NCBI GenBank assembly: GCA_964016885.1
Contig: OZ024747.1
Coordinates: 87,110,001-87,174,000 of the forward strand
From: Eledone cirrhosa
Lineage: Eukaryota
Length of the DNA stretch: 64,000 nucleotides
Direction: 5' to 3'
Shown: one piece after another, positions 39,547 through 53,888 of the stretch
Layout: each line of letters opens with the position of its first letter
Numbering within the stretch: position 1 is the first letter of the stretch
Program-made: the position numbers and the translations under genes
The notes under the pieces: generated by a model
Databases searched by the model: none
Told to the model about the DNA's origin: nothing
The model's input: the letters and a program-made list of their open reading frames with translations, nothing else

Positions 39547-39622
39547 ATGCCAATTAAATGGTTAGCTCTTGAGTGCATCCAACAAAGGATATTTACTCAT
39601 AAAAGTGATGTGTGGAGTTATG
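39547..39622 (+). CDS. EGFR: EGFR exon, kinase
   Basis: [25 protein letters not shown]. Confidence 0.95.
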
Positions 39623-40028
39623 GTAAGTTTTTTAAATATGTCTGTGTGAGTGTATGTGCATTTATATGCATGCATGTATGTGTGTGTGTGGTTTGGTGAG
39701 TTTGAATATGCAGACAATATCGACCTGTTGGAGAATGAATTTGAAGGCAGTCAAAAACAACTTGTCACACTGGCCTCTACGGCTAAAGATGTATAACTGT
39801 TTATTAACATAGGGCAGAGTCCTCAAACACTCCTTCCAACAGGTCCTGTCAGAAGTAACATCTCCAACTGGTCTGACTGCCATTCTAATTATTTTCAATG
39901 TGATATATAAAAGTTTATATGAAAGCAGAGAAAAGCGGACGTAAAATGATGATGATGTATCACACAGAACTGCAGGTTTTCTTGATACATTTCTTGTTAA
40001 GTATCTTAATAACGTTTCCTTTTTTCAG

Positions 40029-40175
40029 GTGTCACTGTTTGGGAGCTGTTTACTTATGGCCAACGGCCCTATGAAAATGTCCGAGCAGCACATGTCCCAG
40101 ACTTGCTAGAAAAAGGAGAACGTCTACCACAACCAAGCATGTGTACAATCGATGTCTATATGATAATGATTAAAT
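40029..40175 (+). CDS. EGFR: EGFR exon, kinase C-lobe
   Basis: [18 protein letters not shown]...[20 protein letters not shown]. Confidence 0.95.
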
Positions 40176-40763
40176 GTAAATGAAGTCCTGTTTTATTTCT
40201 TTTCTATATTAAACTGAGCACTTCTCTCCATTTCAAATTTTTCAACACTTTACCCCTTTTGATACCAACTTGCCTGAAACCTCTACCAATTTTATAATAA
40301 AAACTGTTTATTTTAGACTATTTAAATTTATTTAAAAAAGCTTCCATTATAATTTATATCAGAACATTTAAGTTGTGCTTCAAACCCCAACTTAATAATG
40401 ATAAAGTTAGTTATAATACTAAATTCCCTAAATTTTTGACTAATTTTTTAAATGATTTAAATTCACAGGCAGTATCTTTCATTAGAAATATAGTAACAGA
40501 AGGGTTAAAGAAAAATGCAGCTGAATATTGTAAAATAATGTAGAACCCTCATTTTCTCCTCTTTTTAATTTTTCATGATATGAAACTTCTCTAAGTACCT
40601 TTACTTGATTTTTATAGCATTTTATAGCTACTGGCTGTTATTACATTTATTTTCTGCACCTGAGCTTCCTATAAATTTATTTTGTCAATGCTTAGTAAGT
40701 TAAAAAATTTGAGCTTCACACAGGACATTTGATTCATACTAAATCTTTTCCATTGTATTTTAG

Positions 40764-40861
40764 GTTGGATGTTGGATGCTGATAGCAGACCATCATTTAA
40801 AGAACTAGAGGTTGAATTTGGTAAAATGTCACGAGATCCTGGACGTTATTTGGTCATTGAA
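40764..40861 (+). CDS. EGFR: EGFR exon, kinase end
   Basis: [33 protein letters not shown]. Confidence 0.95.
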
Positions 40862-42002
40862 GTAAGTTTAAAGATTTTAGAAAGAAAGATAGAATAACAG
40901 AGAATGACACCAAATACAATAAAATAAAATTCAAATATTATCACCACTTTGTGTATGATGATTAATAATTGTTTCTAATTTAGGCACAAGGCCAGCAAAT
41001 ACCCAGTGCATTACTGGTACTTTATTTTATCGACCTCGTAAGGATGAAAGGTAAAGTCAACCTCGGCGGGATTTGAACTCAGATCGTAAAGGGACTTAAC
41101 TATGCTGGAAAGCATTGTGTCCGACCCTCTACCGATACTGCCAATCCACCACCCTGTATGATGATTAATAATAATTGTTTCTACTATAGGCACAAGGCCA
41201 ACAATTTGAAGGGGAGGGAAAAATTGATTAAATCGACCCCAGTACTCATTGGTGCTTTACTTTATCAACCCTGTAAGGATGAAAGGCAAGCTAACCTCAG
41301 TGGGATTTGAACTTAGAACGTAAAGGGTTGTAACTCTCAGCCGTGAAGCATGGTGCCCGACGCTCTACCAATACTGCCAATCCATTGCCCTTGATGATTA
41401 ATAATAATATTGTTGGTGTCTGTTATTGAGGCAGAATACTGGTCTTTTTAAGGATGCAGTCATTGAAATTAACCCAGTATTAAATTTACTTATTGTACAT
41501 TACTGTAATGTCAAGCCTATTAACATTTTGACTCAGAATATTGAAGAATGAAATGAAATATGATAACGCATGCAGACAAACACGTTATTTTCCTTATATA
41601 TGTTGCAAAACAGTTTAGCATACTATTGATATCATCATCATCTTCATATCACTTTGTTTATAATGTTATATATGTGATTTTTTTTTTCTTTAATGGAATC
41701 AATCTATATCACCATGATATAAATAATGCCTTACTACACTGTATAGAATGCTTTAAAACTCTGATAATTATCCCTCATTAAGTTACTAATTTTACACATT
41801 TAATTGAACATCTTAAACATATTTAGATTCACAGTAGAAACACAATTCTTACATTGCTTCACACATTATGAACATGCTTCAAGTTTAGGCTAAAATTCTT
41901 AAAAGAAACTAAATTTTCCCAATCACCCACCAACTTTACTTTCATGAGCCAACACTGCCCCTTAAAACCCTTATTTGCACAATTTGTTTTGTCTTTTTTC
42001 AG

Positions 42003-42179
42003 GGAGATAAACTAATGCGACTTCCAAGTTTAACGTATGACAAAAGTGATTTATTGCAAAGTTTAAGTTTAGGGACTGAAGGTCCTGAAGAACTTGTAGA
42101 AGCAGAAGATTATTTGATGCCACAATCATCACATGTAGCTTCAGAGGGTAATGGAGACAACAATAATGATGATTCAAAG
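42003..42179 (+). CDS. EGFR: EGFR exon, C-terminal tail
   Basis: GDKLMRLPS...EELVEAEDYLMP. Confidence 0.92.
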
Positions 42180-42499
42180 GTAAAAATTTTAAGTTATTTT
42201 CAAAACTATTTAAGAATCTTTCAACATCTTCACCGTTTTAGTCCATTTTTTCCATGGGTTTGGATGGGCCTTTTCCAGCACAACATCCCTCCACTTATCA
42301 TGATCCTTCATCAACATGACTGTGAACTTCAATGATTTGAGATCAGCTCTCACAACTTCTGCCCCTGTCTTCCTTGGCCTCCCTCTTTTGCACAAGGATT
42401 TCTAGGCACTTCTTCACCCAATCCTCATCATTTATATGCATCCCATGATCATACTAGTTCCATCTTCTTTCCTGCAAACTGCATTTGATTCCTCTTATA

Positions 42500-43110
42500 T
42501 CACTACTGTAGATGTTGACATAGACAGTGTCACTCCTGTAGATGTGGACAGTGTCACTCCTGTAGATGTGGACAGTGTCACTCCTGTAGATGTTGACAGT
42601 GTCACTCCTGTAGATGTTGACTGTGTCACTACTGTAGATGTTGACTGTGTCACTACTGTAGATGTTGACTGTGTCACTACTGTAGATGTTGACAGTGTCA
42701 CTACTGTAGATGTTGACAGTCACTACTGTAGATGTTGACATGGACAGTGTCACCCCCGCAGATGCTGACTGTGTCACTCCTGTAGATGTTGACACTGTGT
42801 CACTCCTGTAGATGTTGACACAGTGTCACTCCTGTAGATGTTGACACAGTGTCACTGCTGTAGATGTTGACACAGTGTCACTGCTGTAGATGTTGACACA
42901 GTGTCACTGCTGTAGATGTTGACACAGTGTCACTGCTGTAGATGTTGACACAGTGTCACTGCTGTAGATGTTGACACAGTGTCGCTGCTGTAGATGTTGA
43001 CACAGTGTCGCTGCTGTAGATGATGACACAGTGTCACTCCAGTAGATGATGACACAGTGTCACTCCAGTAGATGTTGACACTGACAGTATCTCTAATGTA
43101 GATATTAACA
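42500..43110. repeat. 21-23 bp minisatellite (cact(g/c/a)ctgtagatgttgac(ac)agtgt)
   Basis: More than 20 tandem units read directly. Confidence 0.95.
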
Positions 43111-43372
43111 CTGTTAACACCACTATTGTAGATAATGGCAGTGTCAGCATCTATCTTGAATGGTGTCCCTCTTACAGGCATAATATTTATTGCGCCCCTC
43201 TAGCATACATGATAATAATGGGTGTATCCTTTATCTAAATGCTAACATTTGTAGTATCCATCATGTAGATTGCCCAGTAATCCCTGGCATATACAATATC
43301 CACCAAATGATCAAATATCACATGTCTCATTTATCTATTTATTTCATTATATTTATCTCATTGCCTTTGCAG

Positions 43373-43571
43373 ACAGCTTCAAGAAATTGTCCTGATAGTG
43401 TCTTTAACCCAAACGAACTTGATACTAGACGTCGAGAAAAACGTTATGGCCACCTTGAATCTGCAGCAGCTGCTCGACATCAACGACAGATGAATCCCCA
43501 TCGCAGGGGACGAGAAGATAGCATTAATTCTCGTTATAGTACCGACCCTATTAAATATTCAAAAGATAGAG
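43373..43571 (+). CDS. EGFR: EGFR exon, C-terminal tail
   Basis: TASRNCPDSVF...RRGREDSINSRYSTDPIKYSKDR; cag/gtatat. Confidence 0.8.
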
Positions 43572-43802
43572 GTATATTTACATATATTTATATCATCATC
43601 ATCATTTAATGTCTATTTTCCATGCTAGCATAGGTTAGACAGATGATTAGAGGCAAGTTGGTTCAGGTGACCATGTCTTGCTCATATAGAACTATATATA
43701 TATATGTATATGTATGTAAAAGGTAAACAGAAATAACAACACAATCGATACAGTATATGGAAGGGATATATTGGGTTAATACTTGATATAGCAGGAAGAG
43801 GG

Positions 43803-43838
43803 TCTTAACATTTCGGATGCTTGTCCTTCATCAGAAGA
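43803..43838 (-). ncRNA. Minimal hammerhead ribozyme (antisense to EGFR)
   Basis: Minus strand: tctt-CTGATGA-a gga caagca tcc-GAAA-tg-TT-aaga; stem III probably CpG-decayed from ACGT. Confidence 0.55.
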
Positions 43839-44123
43839 AAGAATGAGAAATAAGACAGATTGAGGGAACAGGCGGGATGGAATTGGAAAAAATGTCTTTA
43901 GATAAAAATAAGAGGTCCATTCATGTTGAGAGAGAAACTATATTCACATAAACACATTTCATAACGTTTTGGCTTGATGTCAATAAGATCATCCAATTCT
44001 ACTTATGATTGTTGACATCTATTTTCATTTTTCAACAATGTATAGCCTTTTTCTCATTTTATTCACTCATTCAACATATACAGCCTTTATTGAAACTTAT
44101 CTTTCTTGTTTTATTTATTATAG

Positions 44124-44282
44124 ATAATATTGAATTTGATCCACACATGATGGGAATTCAGCCCAGACTGGTCCCTACTGCACCATTCCCATCCTCCCAT
44201 CAGATACCTGTTGATGAAGATGATTATCTTCAACCAAAGTCTTCAAACCCAGCAGCCTACATCGATATTAATGGCAGTATAG
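44124..44282 (+). CDS. EGFR: EGFR exon, C-terminal tail
   Basis: NIEFDPHMM...PVDEDDYLQPKSSNPAAYIDI; tag/gtatgt. Confidence 0.85.
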
Positions 44283-45577
44283 GTATGTGGCTATTACATT
44301 TGCTTATATTCATGTGTATGTGTGTTGTGTTTAGGTGTAATGTCAAGTTGCTGTGTGTGTTTTATAGATGAGGATAGCAGTTAAGAGAAGAGAGTGGCAA
44401 TGGGTAGATGTGTAATGGAGTGGAGAAAAATAGATAGATAAGGAGAATAAAATAGAGTAAAACAGAGAGAGAGAGATTAGCAGTTATGAAGGATAAACAG
44501 GGATAAAGAATAATAGAGGACCATATGAAGAGCATGACACCATAATATTGACATATGCAATTGTGATTAGCTTGATCTTCCTCATTGTAAATGTCTCAGC
44601 CACTGTCTTCATGAGTCTACTTATGCCACAATGAATTTAAGAAGTCCACTTCACTTGTATGTAATCCTGATTTGATCCCACTTTGCTGAACTTTGGAGAA
44701 CTGCTTGTCACCATAGCCTCAGGTCACCTTAAACCTTGTGAGTCAATAAAAACTGTGGATGTCTGTTAGATGAAATGCACCAGTTCATGGGTGGCAGACT
44801 TAATCTGTCACCAGGTTTTGCATCACTATCTGGCACTTGGGTTTCTGTAATGGTATCCACTCTAATACAAGCCTTCTGTCTGAGTTAACAAAATCTTCAT
44901 CCATTTCTCCCATCAGTTTCAGAGTCTCTGCAAAAAGATATGAGTGTTGCCATAGAAGCTGTCTCCTTTCCACAAAAAGATCAGAGACTGATAATACTGT
45001 TCATTTTTATTAATTTAAGGTTACTCTCAAAAGCTATGAATGTGATCTTTTTTGCAGTGATTTCTACTTTATATTCAGTGGTTTAAAGTCCACTACAGGT
45101 CATTCTGTGTCATATTTCTAGTTCTTCTATCAACTATAAAATGGATTCTTCACACTCCCCATTTTAATGTGATTAGTTCTTAGATAAACCTTTAATTAAA
45201 ATGTTCTCTTTACTCACAATTTATTAATGTACCTATCCAATTAAATGTTAACCTTTTCATTACCATATATCTCACTAAAAATATACTACACTTAATTTTT
45301 AAACAGTTTTGAAAGTAATCAAGAATTTGGAAGGATATAGTTATCTAACTTTTTCATTTTTAAGCTGGTATTTGAAACATAACATAAAAAAGGTTCTTAC
45401 ATAAAATGATGATGGAAAGTTTATAGATAGATATAAACACTTTAAAACGAACAGCTTTGTATTGTATAACAAGGGGCAGTTTCATGTACGTTTGTATAAA
45501 AAGAGTTAATTATATATTAACTCTAAAATTAAAACTTCATTAATTGTATTGTCTTTTTTTTTTTATTTCTTTTACAG

Positions 45578-45840
45578 ATAATTACAAAAACTGTTATGAA
45601 CCAACAAATGATGAATTAATGAAAGACATTCTTGGGGCTACTACTATGGCTTCAGTGGAAAACCCTGAATATTTTGAACAGAACAATAGAATTGATCCAC
45701 TGCCTGGTTCGAGTGACAATTTCCAAAAGAGAAATGATAGTGATATTTCTTACTACAATGATATTGCCAAGTTTGACAAAGCACATCAAGAACTAAAGCC
45801 TTTAGTGCCAAGTGATGTCAACTCAGACCCAAAGGTGTGA
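45578..45840 (+). CDS. EGFR: EGFR last coding exon
   Basis: Contains SVENPEYF (NPxY) and YYND (Grb2-type YxN); ends SDPKV-stop. Confidence 0.9.
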
Positions 45841-47489
45841 TCTATGATTCAAAAATTAAATTACAGACTACAACAATAACAACTGCCACCATTTGTTTTA
45901 TGTCAGCTGTCTGAATCCCTGTTTCATTGAAACTAAACTAAGATCAAATTTTACATGAGCTAGTATCATCAACTTGATGTGAAGTGCATAATTTGATAAA
46001 CTTTAATTCTTTTTTCTGGTTCAATGGAGCAATAGGGACTTGGCTATATGTACTTCATTGATTTTTGTAGAAAAAAAAATATATATAAAGTGTGTATGTG
46101 AGTGGGTGTGTATGTTTGTATATAAATTAATGTTATTTGAAAATAATGGCCAAACATCTGAATATAAATATGCATATCCAGTCACTTTCCTCACAATGAA
46201 ACTGATGTAAAAAAGTTCTCATTAGTTGTCATAAGCTTTAAGCATTTATTTTCAATTGAGAAATAATTTGTTAATGTCCATTGAAGTTTGGAAATAGATC
46301 TTGCTTTAATAGAGATCATTACAATGAAGCCCACAATGTGTATATGTGTGTATGTATGTATGTGGAGACCCTATCAATCAGTTTCTACTATTTGTTTGGG
46401 TCATTAATTATGAAAGCTTTTATTATAGAAAGAGAGTGTCTTTAGACAAAATGTATTGTTTCTGGCACAAACTACCAAATTTAAACTCATATAGACAGAA
46501 TGGTGTATTGTTGACAAGATGGAGATGGCAAAACCCTCTTTGTTTTATTCGCTCTGACTTGAGCCTAAAATTACTGCAATCCAATTTCAAGGTTGCATTC
46601 TTCACCAGTGTTCTATACAGAGCCATCTAAAAACATTTATCAACAGATGTTGATATTATATATGCCAGTCTTCATAAATACGCAGAATCCATATTTTGTT
46701 TTTTATTTCATGAAATCATGAATGAATAGATTGTATATGGACATTCGGAATTCAAAGATCAGAGAGCTATTGGTCATTTGAGTCCAAAGAGTAGTCCAAA
46801 AGTCAATCAATGGTTTACTGTAGCTACACATTGCTGTTCAATATGGAACATATCTATCCACCGATTTTCATTAATCAAAAATAATTGCCCTCCTTGATTC
46901 TGAAATTTAAGTTATCTTCTTTCCAATATTCATAAATTGAGGCTAATATATCATCCATCTCCATAATTCCATAAGTTTAGGTGAGTTATCTCCCCTCCAT
47001 ATCCTTAAATTTGTGTTATCCATTTAATCATTCTAAATAAGACCATCCATTCATCACTCTCACTACATGGAATTCCCCTAAATGAACCATGCTTCACTTT
47101 TATGTAATACTTTGCCTCACGAAGCTACTGATGTCATTTATAAAACATTTTACTAAATTTCATCAAGGAAGCTTTGCAAAAGAACTACTACTACTACTTC
47201 TACTACTACTAATAATAATAATAAAATGTGGATTTTTTTTCTGTTTTATATTCAATTTTTTCATGGGTTAGATTTTGAAAATTTAGATATTTACATATCT
47301 ATTTATTTTAATCTGCCCGATTCTATTTTATTTTATCTCATTTTATTTTTTTTTTGTTTCATTTTGATTTTGTTTATTTATATTTATTTTTCTCGTGAAC
47401 ACGTGTTTTTCGAAGTGTCTCGAATAATATTTAAAGAAGCATACTAATAATTATAATTAACGTTTGTTTGTTCAAGTCACTAGGCATAA

Positions 47490-48920
47490 CCCTCTCTCTC
47501 CATTGCTGGTTTTCTTTCACGCTGTCTCTCTCTCGCCCTCCCACTTTCCCTCTTAATCATTACTTGAATTTCTCACAGGATTTTTCACCCTCTCTCTCTC
47601 ACTCTCTCGTTTTAACCTTCTCCCTACCCTTCCCACGCTCTCTCTCCTCTACAGTGAAATGGACTGCATGCAAGGAGGCCAACAAAATTGGACAAAGCTA
47701 GAACTGGAGGTGTTGATCAAAGGATGGAGCCTGGCTGATGGGTCACCGCCAACCAAAATAATTGCAGAGAGCTTGAAGAGCTGAGGACTTAGGCGCAAAT
47801 AGAGAGGAAAAGGAGAGAATTGAGAGGGCCTATGCCCTCATAGTGCTACACATGGCCTTGCTAAGCTATGTCCTCAAGAAAGAAGAAGACAGAGAAAAAG
47901 AAAAGAAAGGAAATATAAACACTGACCACAAAGGGTCAACAGAGACACAGAAGGACCTGAAAACAACTGCAAATGAGATATCCGCCACCACAGTCAAAAA
48001 CAGGCAAACGATAAAGGTGAGAGGAGAAATCACCATAGCAGAAAGGGACCAGTGGACAACTGTCAAAAGAAAGAACAGAAGGTACCGAGACACTGGGAGA
48101 AAGAAAACCCATGTAACATGCAAGTTCTTCAGGAATGGGACCTGCTGGCATGGAGAAACAGGGACAGGCTGTAGGTTCACTCACCTCAGGCATCCAGTGA
48201 GCTATGCCCAACCTACTCAGCCAAAACCAGAACCGATGCAAGCTGCCCCAAAAGTATGCTGATGTCATGCACACCACCCCAGCAAAGAGGAGAAGCATAT
48301 ACAGATGAAATGCAGATGGCGACAGCAGAGCCAAACAAATTTTAGAAATTGCAGAGAGAATTGTGGGACAACTGACCTGGCTACATCGTTTTCAGAGCCA
48401 GGGTCACTTACACCAACACTCGAGACCACCACAATCAAGGGACCTAGTGTAGCCGCCGCTGACAACAGGCCAGGTGCCACACCGACAGCCATTGCTGACA
48501 CCCCAAATGTCACACCAGTGCTGCTGTTGACTGTCAGAGGCCTGGTGAAACTCACCAACATGAGTAAAATTCCCTACCTGAGAGACTTAGCCATAAGCAA
48601 TCAAGTAATATGCATGGCACTAACCGAAACACACCTGACAAGCAGTATAGCAGATGTGGAAATACATATACCAAAATATACTGTCTTTCGTTCAGACAGG
48701 AAGGAGAGAACTCATGGTGGGGTTGCCCTGTATATCTATGAAGATGTCACCCCAATGTACTGTTGACACATTCAAACTCAGTCTGATAGTATATATGAAG
48801 CAACTGAAAATGATATGTGTGACATATTGGCCACCTGATGCCCCTAGTCATGAAGGTAAGTTTGAGGATAGCCTCAGAATGATGGAAGAAGTCCTTGACA
48901 AACTGGACCAGGGTCTCGAC
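47490..48920 (+). mobile_element. Degenerate 3'-truncated copy of the CR1/L2-group LINE at 1-4240 (ORF1 + APE start)
   Basis: MDCMQ start, CKFFRNGTCWHGETGTGCRFTH, ALTETHLTSSIAD; frameshifts and stops. Confidence 0.9.
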
Positions 48921-49419
48921 ATTCATATATATAATTTATAGTCAGTATTCCTTGTTTCTTGATGTTCCCTTCTTTGTATTATTGTGCTGCTTTAGTGTAT
49001 CTCTGATCTTAGTTCAGTAGAGAAATACTCATTGTAGACAAGTTTGATGACTATAATGATGTTGATATTTTGGTGCATGTAAATATACTGTTCTTAGCTC
49101 ACATTCTTCTCAGCTTATGAAACAACCAACAATGTGAATAGCAGTTTTTCTTTATTTCTTTTGTTGTCACAGAAAAAATGCAAAAGAAAAAAAGAAAACA
49201 CAACTGAAGAAGAGAAGTTTTATTTTATAAAATATTCAGTGTGAAAAAAATTATGAAAACTCATTAATTTAAAAAGATGATGATGCCATAAAGAAAGATG
49301 TAGAGAGCACTATGAGACAAAAATTAAGGACTAGCATTTATATTCATTGAAATTTAGTGTTCAATAGATTAATTACACAAAAAAGACTAAGTTGGAGCCT
49401 CTGTTTGTTTCAATGCTGA

Positions 49420-50570
49420 GTATACATGGCATATATTAACGACATAGATGCCAACTTACAGAATGCCACGGTACTAAAATATGCAGATGACATCAAGCTG
49501 TACCTTGAAATCAAAAGGACTGATCCTGAAATTTACAACTCTTTCCTACAATCAGACCTGGACACAATGCAGCAATGGATCACAGACTGGCAACTGAAGC
49601 TGGCTGTGGACAAGTGTACCACCATGCATTTTGGAAGGAAAAATCCAGCGTCCACATACTCCCTCTACAACACTGATATCAAAAAGTCCTCTTGTGAACG
49701 TGACCTGGGCATTACTGTCAGCACGATTTGCGTTGGACAAAGCATGTCTCTAAGATTGTCAAGAAGGCCGAGGGTGTCTTGGCATCACTCAGCAAGACCT
49801 TTGTTAGCCGCTCTCCAGCCATCTATTTAAAACTGTATACAGCTATGGTACGACCACACTTGGAATTCGCATCATCAGTCTGGAACCCCTATCTTGCTCA
49901 GAACATTGACCTCCTGGAAACTGTTCAGAGACGTGCAACCAAGTGCATACCCTCCATCAGACACCTACCATACTCTGAACGCCTTGCTTCCCTGAGCATG
50001 GATTTATTGAAGCTCTGACGTCTGGCAATGAACTTGGTGAATACCCACAAAGTTTTTAACCATCTCGCCAATTGCAACCCTGAGCGCCTCTTTGATCTCC
50101 ATGTGTCTATCACACGTGGACATGCCTACAAGATCAGAAAACAGCACAGCTCCCATGACTTTCGTAGACATTTTTTCACGCTCAGAGTTGCTGAAGCATG
50201 GAACAAACTGCCTGCGTCAATTGTTAGCTGCCGAGACACTGCATCCTTTAAGACACTCATGCTTCCCGAAATACGCCAAAACTACACCTGATGTACCCCT
50301 TCCATGCACATGCACACGTGTGTATCATGACTCGTGCACTGTTCATTTTACTGATGTTTGTGCATTGCCCTATGTACTGTACATGCACTTTTTTGATGAG
50401 TTGTGGTGCACCTGGGCACTGTACACAATATTTCATTATTGTTATTGTATCATGACTCATACACTGTTCATTTTCCTGACATTTGTACATTATTCTATGT
50501 ACTATACATGCACCTTTGATGAGTTGTAGTGCACCTGAGCACTGTACACAATAATTTCATTATTATTATT
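49420..50570 (+). mobile_element. CR1/L2 LINE 3' end with tandemly duplicated 3' UTR
   Basis: KYADDIKLY, LYTAMVRPHLEFASSVWNP, FFTLRVAEAWNKLP; 3' UTR segment repeated at 50325-50445 and 50450-50570. Confidence 0.88.
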
Positions 50571-51047
50571 ATACAATTGTTCAATAAACTGAAACTTGAA
50601 CTTGTTAAAATAATATGCCAGTGTCTGAATATTCCACTGCTGGGAACGTGGTGGGGCCAGCACATGGGGCCCCATTTGTTCACAATAGTGAGAGATAGGA
50701 AAGACAGTGAGAGTTTGGTTCCTTTGTGTTCAGAGCTGGGGTATATATGTGTATATAAGAGAGCATATTATCCTTGATAGTTTCCATCTACCAGTAGTTC
50801 ACAAGGCATTGGTCAGCTCAAGTCCAAAGTGGCATGCACTGGGATCGAACCCCAAATCATGTGGTTGCTAATTGAGCTTCTTAACCACAGATCTGCCAGC
50901 AATAATGCACCAGGAGAGTAATATGAAACCATAACTACAACTAATAACTGATGCGATGACAAAGCTAAGTAAAAAATATTTCATTCAATCAACTATAATG
51001 ATTTTACAGGATTAACAAAAAAAATGTTTGCCTTGAAGTAACCTATT

Positions 51048-51540
51048 CATCATCATTGTTTTACGTCCGTTCTTCCACGCTAGCATGGGTTAGACGGGTT
51101 GTCCTGTTGTGAGCAGTCCAGTTGGCTGACCTTCTCTTGCTCCTACAGGACTGATTCTGGCTTGATTTCTACAGCTGGATGCCCTTCCTAACAACAACCT
51201 CATGAGTGCTGGGTGCTTTTTTACAGTGGGAGGGTGTGGGGGCATATTGTCTATATGCTTCAGTTTCGGTTTGTTCCTGTGGGGGATCGGGTCTTCTGTA
51301 TTACTGTGTGACGCCAGAGATCACGGTCATGTGTCATTACTCTTGAGAGGTGCAATTGGGTAAGGTCGGCCTTTATCACCTCATCCCAGGTCTTCTTCGG
51401 TCTCCCCACTCCGCGGGTTCCATCGACTTCTAGTGCTCTGCACCTTTTTATGCAGCTGTCATCCTTCATACGCATCACATGTCCATACCAACGTAACCTC
51501 CTCTCCTGCACACAGCATTTGATTACTCTGATGCTCAGTC
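51048..51540 (-). mobile_element. RTE LINE 3' fragment
   Basis: [23 protein letters not shown], near-identical to 33770-34015. Confidence 0.9.
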
Positions 51541-52089
51541 TATTATTATTGAAAATTCCTATATTTGCAGTTTAAGTTTTATTTATGAAAATCATTTTTG
51601 ATAACTTGGTGATATGTAAAATACTTTACATATAACATTGAGTCAAGTTCCAAATTGATGCATTTATTCATTGTCTCTTTCTTACGTGCTATTGTTTCCC
51701 TTTGAGCATGAAAACAATTAAAAATATAATATAAACCCTTTCTTTAACATATTTCTAATGAGACTACTATGATTAAAATTGATTTTGATAATGAGCAAGA
51801 ATTTAAGAGGATTTGGTAACAACTTATTTGCTCATTGTTAAGCTGATGTTTGATAAAATTATGATGTAAGGTTTTTAGATAAATATGAATACATTAAAAC
51901 AGTTTTGTATCATAAAACCAAGAGCACACTATATGTGTTTGGGGGCATGAATGGTTTTATGTATGTTGATGGACGAAATATTAAAACATTATTAAATAAA
52001 GTTTTCTATAAATAAGTTAAGATGGAAAGAATATCATGAATTGGTGAGATAAATGGTTCTGTTGAAAAATTATAAAAAGATATTTCTTT

Positions 52090-52973
52090 TTACTCTGAAG
52101 ATTCATTTTGTTGTGGAATAAGTGATAGAGTTCTCTCTAAATTATGTTCAATGCTGTTCAAATCAGGTGGTAAGGGGAAGGATGAATGTGTTATTGGATG
52201 AGTGGAATTGGAAGCTTCCATTGATATAACTAATGGTTGTGTTCGTTGGTTGAAAATGAGCGGTGTTTCATTAGTGATTGCTGAACATGTGTTGTCTGGA
52301 AGGACAAAAAGATCATAGGCTGGTCGCTGTGGCCATTCCTTACAACAATTTGGTATGGCACATTTGCAGATTGGTCGATTGTCATTACATTTGCAAACAA
52401 CCAAAATAGCTATGATAGAAACTAGTACTAAAATAGTGCAAATAACTATTGGAAGAATAGGTGGACCACTTTCAAGCTTGTTATGGTTATGTTTGAATGC
52501 CATATCTGTAACAATACCAATGCAGTTGGAAGTTAAAGAGTTGGGATCCAAAGTCTCTGTTGAACATTGATCCACAATATTAGTCCGAGCACAGAAATTA
52601 TAATAAACTCCAGATATAAGGTCCGAGATTTCATAAGTGAGGTTTGTGATTCCAGGAATCTTATAACATGATGTATCACTTTCATTTGTCCAGTATTGTA
52701 ATGTGTACTTCAAGTATGGATCATACTGCCACTCAGACAGGTTAGAGTTCCGTAGTGTTATACGCAGCTCCACACTATATTCAGTTATTCTTCTGGGCGT
52801 TAAAACCAACAAAGACTCACAATGAGGTCCAATCCAACGGTCATGACAGATACATTCAGCATGTTTGCTCAGCTGATTATCAACTGTGGATAAGATAGTC
52901 TGACACTGACCTTTGTTTTCACATCTGAAATGTTCACAAGGATCATGTTTGAGCTCAAAAAGTGATGAATTTT
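52090..52973 (-). CDS. Last exon of single-pass membrane protein (EGF-like + FN3-like + TM + cytoplasmic tail)
   Basis: After ttcag acceptor: ENSSLFELKHDPCEHFRCENKGQC...ECICHDRWIGPHCE; YEISDLISGVYYNFCAR (FN3); ILPIVICTILVLVSIIAILVV (TM); stop at 52090. Confidence 0.85.
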
Positions 52974-53888
52974 CTGAAGATAGAAAAAAAAAAAAAGGAC
53001 TTTCAAAAGTAAAAATATATCTTGAATAACATAGTTATTTATAGTTAAATATAAAATCACATTTTATAATACAGTTGCTGGTATCACTTATAATAGCTAT
53101 AGTTTCATCTACACTTGCATAGAAATGATAGTCTGATCTATACATCAGTATTTAAATTATTGGCCGCTCTGAACCCATCTAACAGTAAAACCATAGTTTT
53201 GGAGACTGAGCCATCACACAGTGTATCCAGAGTTTTGGGGCCACTATGAGGAAGGACATATATTTTAGAACATAAGGCATATAGTTATGGTCCTTTAAGT
53301 TCTGAGTTCCAATCTCACCAAGATCTAGAATCAATAAGAGAAAGTACCAATCAAACATCAGGTCAATTTAATTGACTTTTATCTCCCCACAAAAACTGAA
53401 CTTGCACTGAAATTAGAAACCTTTATTTATCTTTAAAAACAAACAATATTCATTTGTGTATCAATGTGTCTTTCTGTCTGTCTGTCTCTTAATTTGTATG
53501 TCTGTCATTCTGTCTATTTCTATGTTTGCCTTTTAATAATAAGAGATCTTTAAAAGAAATACTAAACTGAAGTAAGTGCTGGTGATGATATGATCAATTA
53601 AACTCTTTGAGGGCAGTGTTTCACTATAGCCATAGTCCAATAAGTTAACCCTTTAGCAGTTACATTACTCTATATTTCCTATTGTATTGGTAAAGGCATT
53701 ACCTCACATAATTATCTCACATAATATTGATTCTATGGGATTTTGATATTATTTATTTTGAAAACAATGCCTTAACATCAGTATGCGTGGCTGGTTATGG
53801 CCGGTTTGAACAGAGAGCGGTGAGAAAATTCTGGCCGGATAGAGCCAATTTAAATGCTACAGAGTTAAAGCAGTAAAATAATAGCTAC

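Larger units (their letters stand above)
10033..45840 (+). other. EGFR: EGFR/ErbB receptor tyrosine kinase gene, 3' portion (domain II to stop), 23 coding exons
   Basis: Phase-compatible GT-AG exons encode furin-like Cys-rich II, L2, extended Cys-rich IV, TM, kinase ([32 protein letters not shown]) and a Tyr-rich tail. Confidence 0.95.

Noticed and set aside
42436-43181. VDVDSVTP / STSTGVT repeat ORFs
   Set aside because: Minisatellite inside an EGFR intron with no splice-compatible boundaries.
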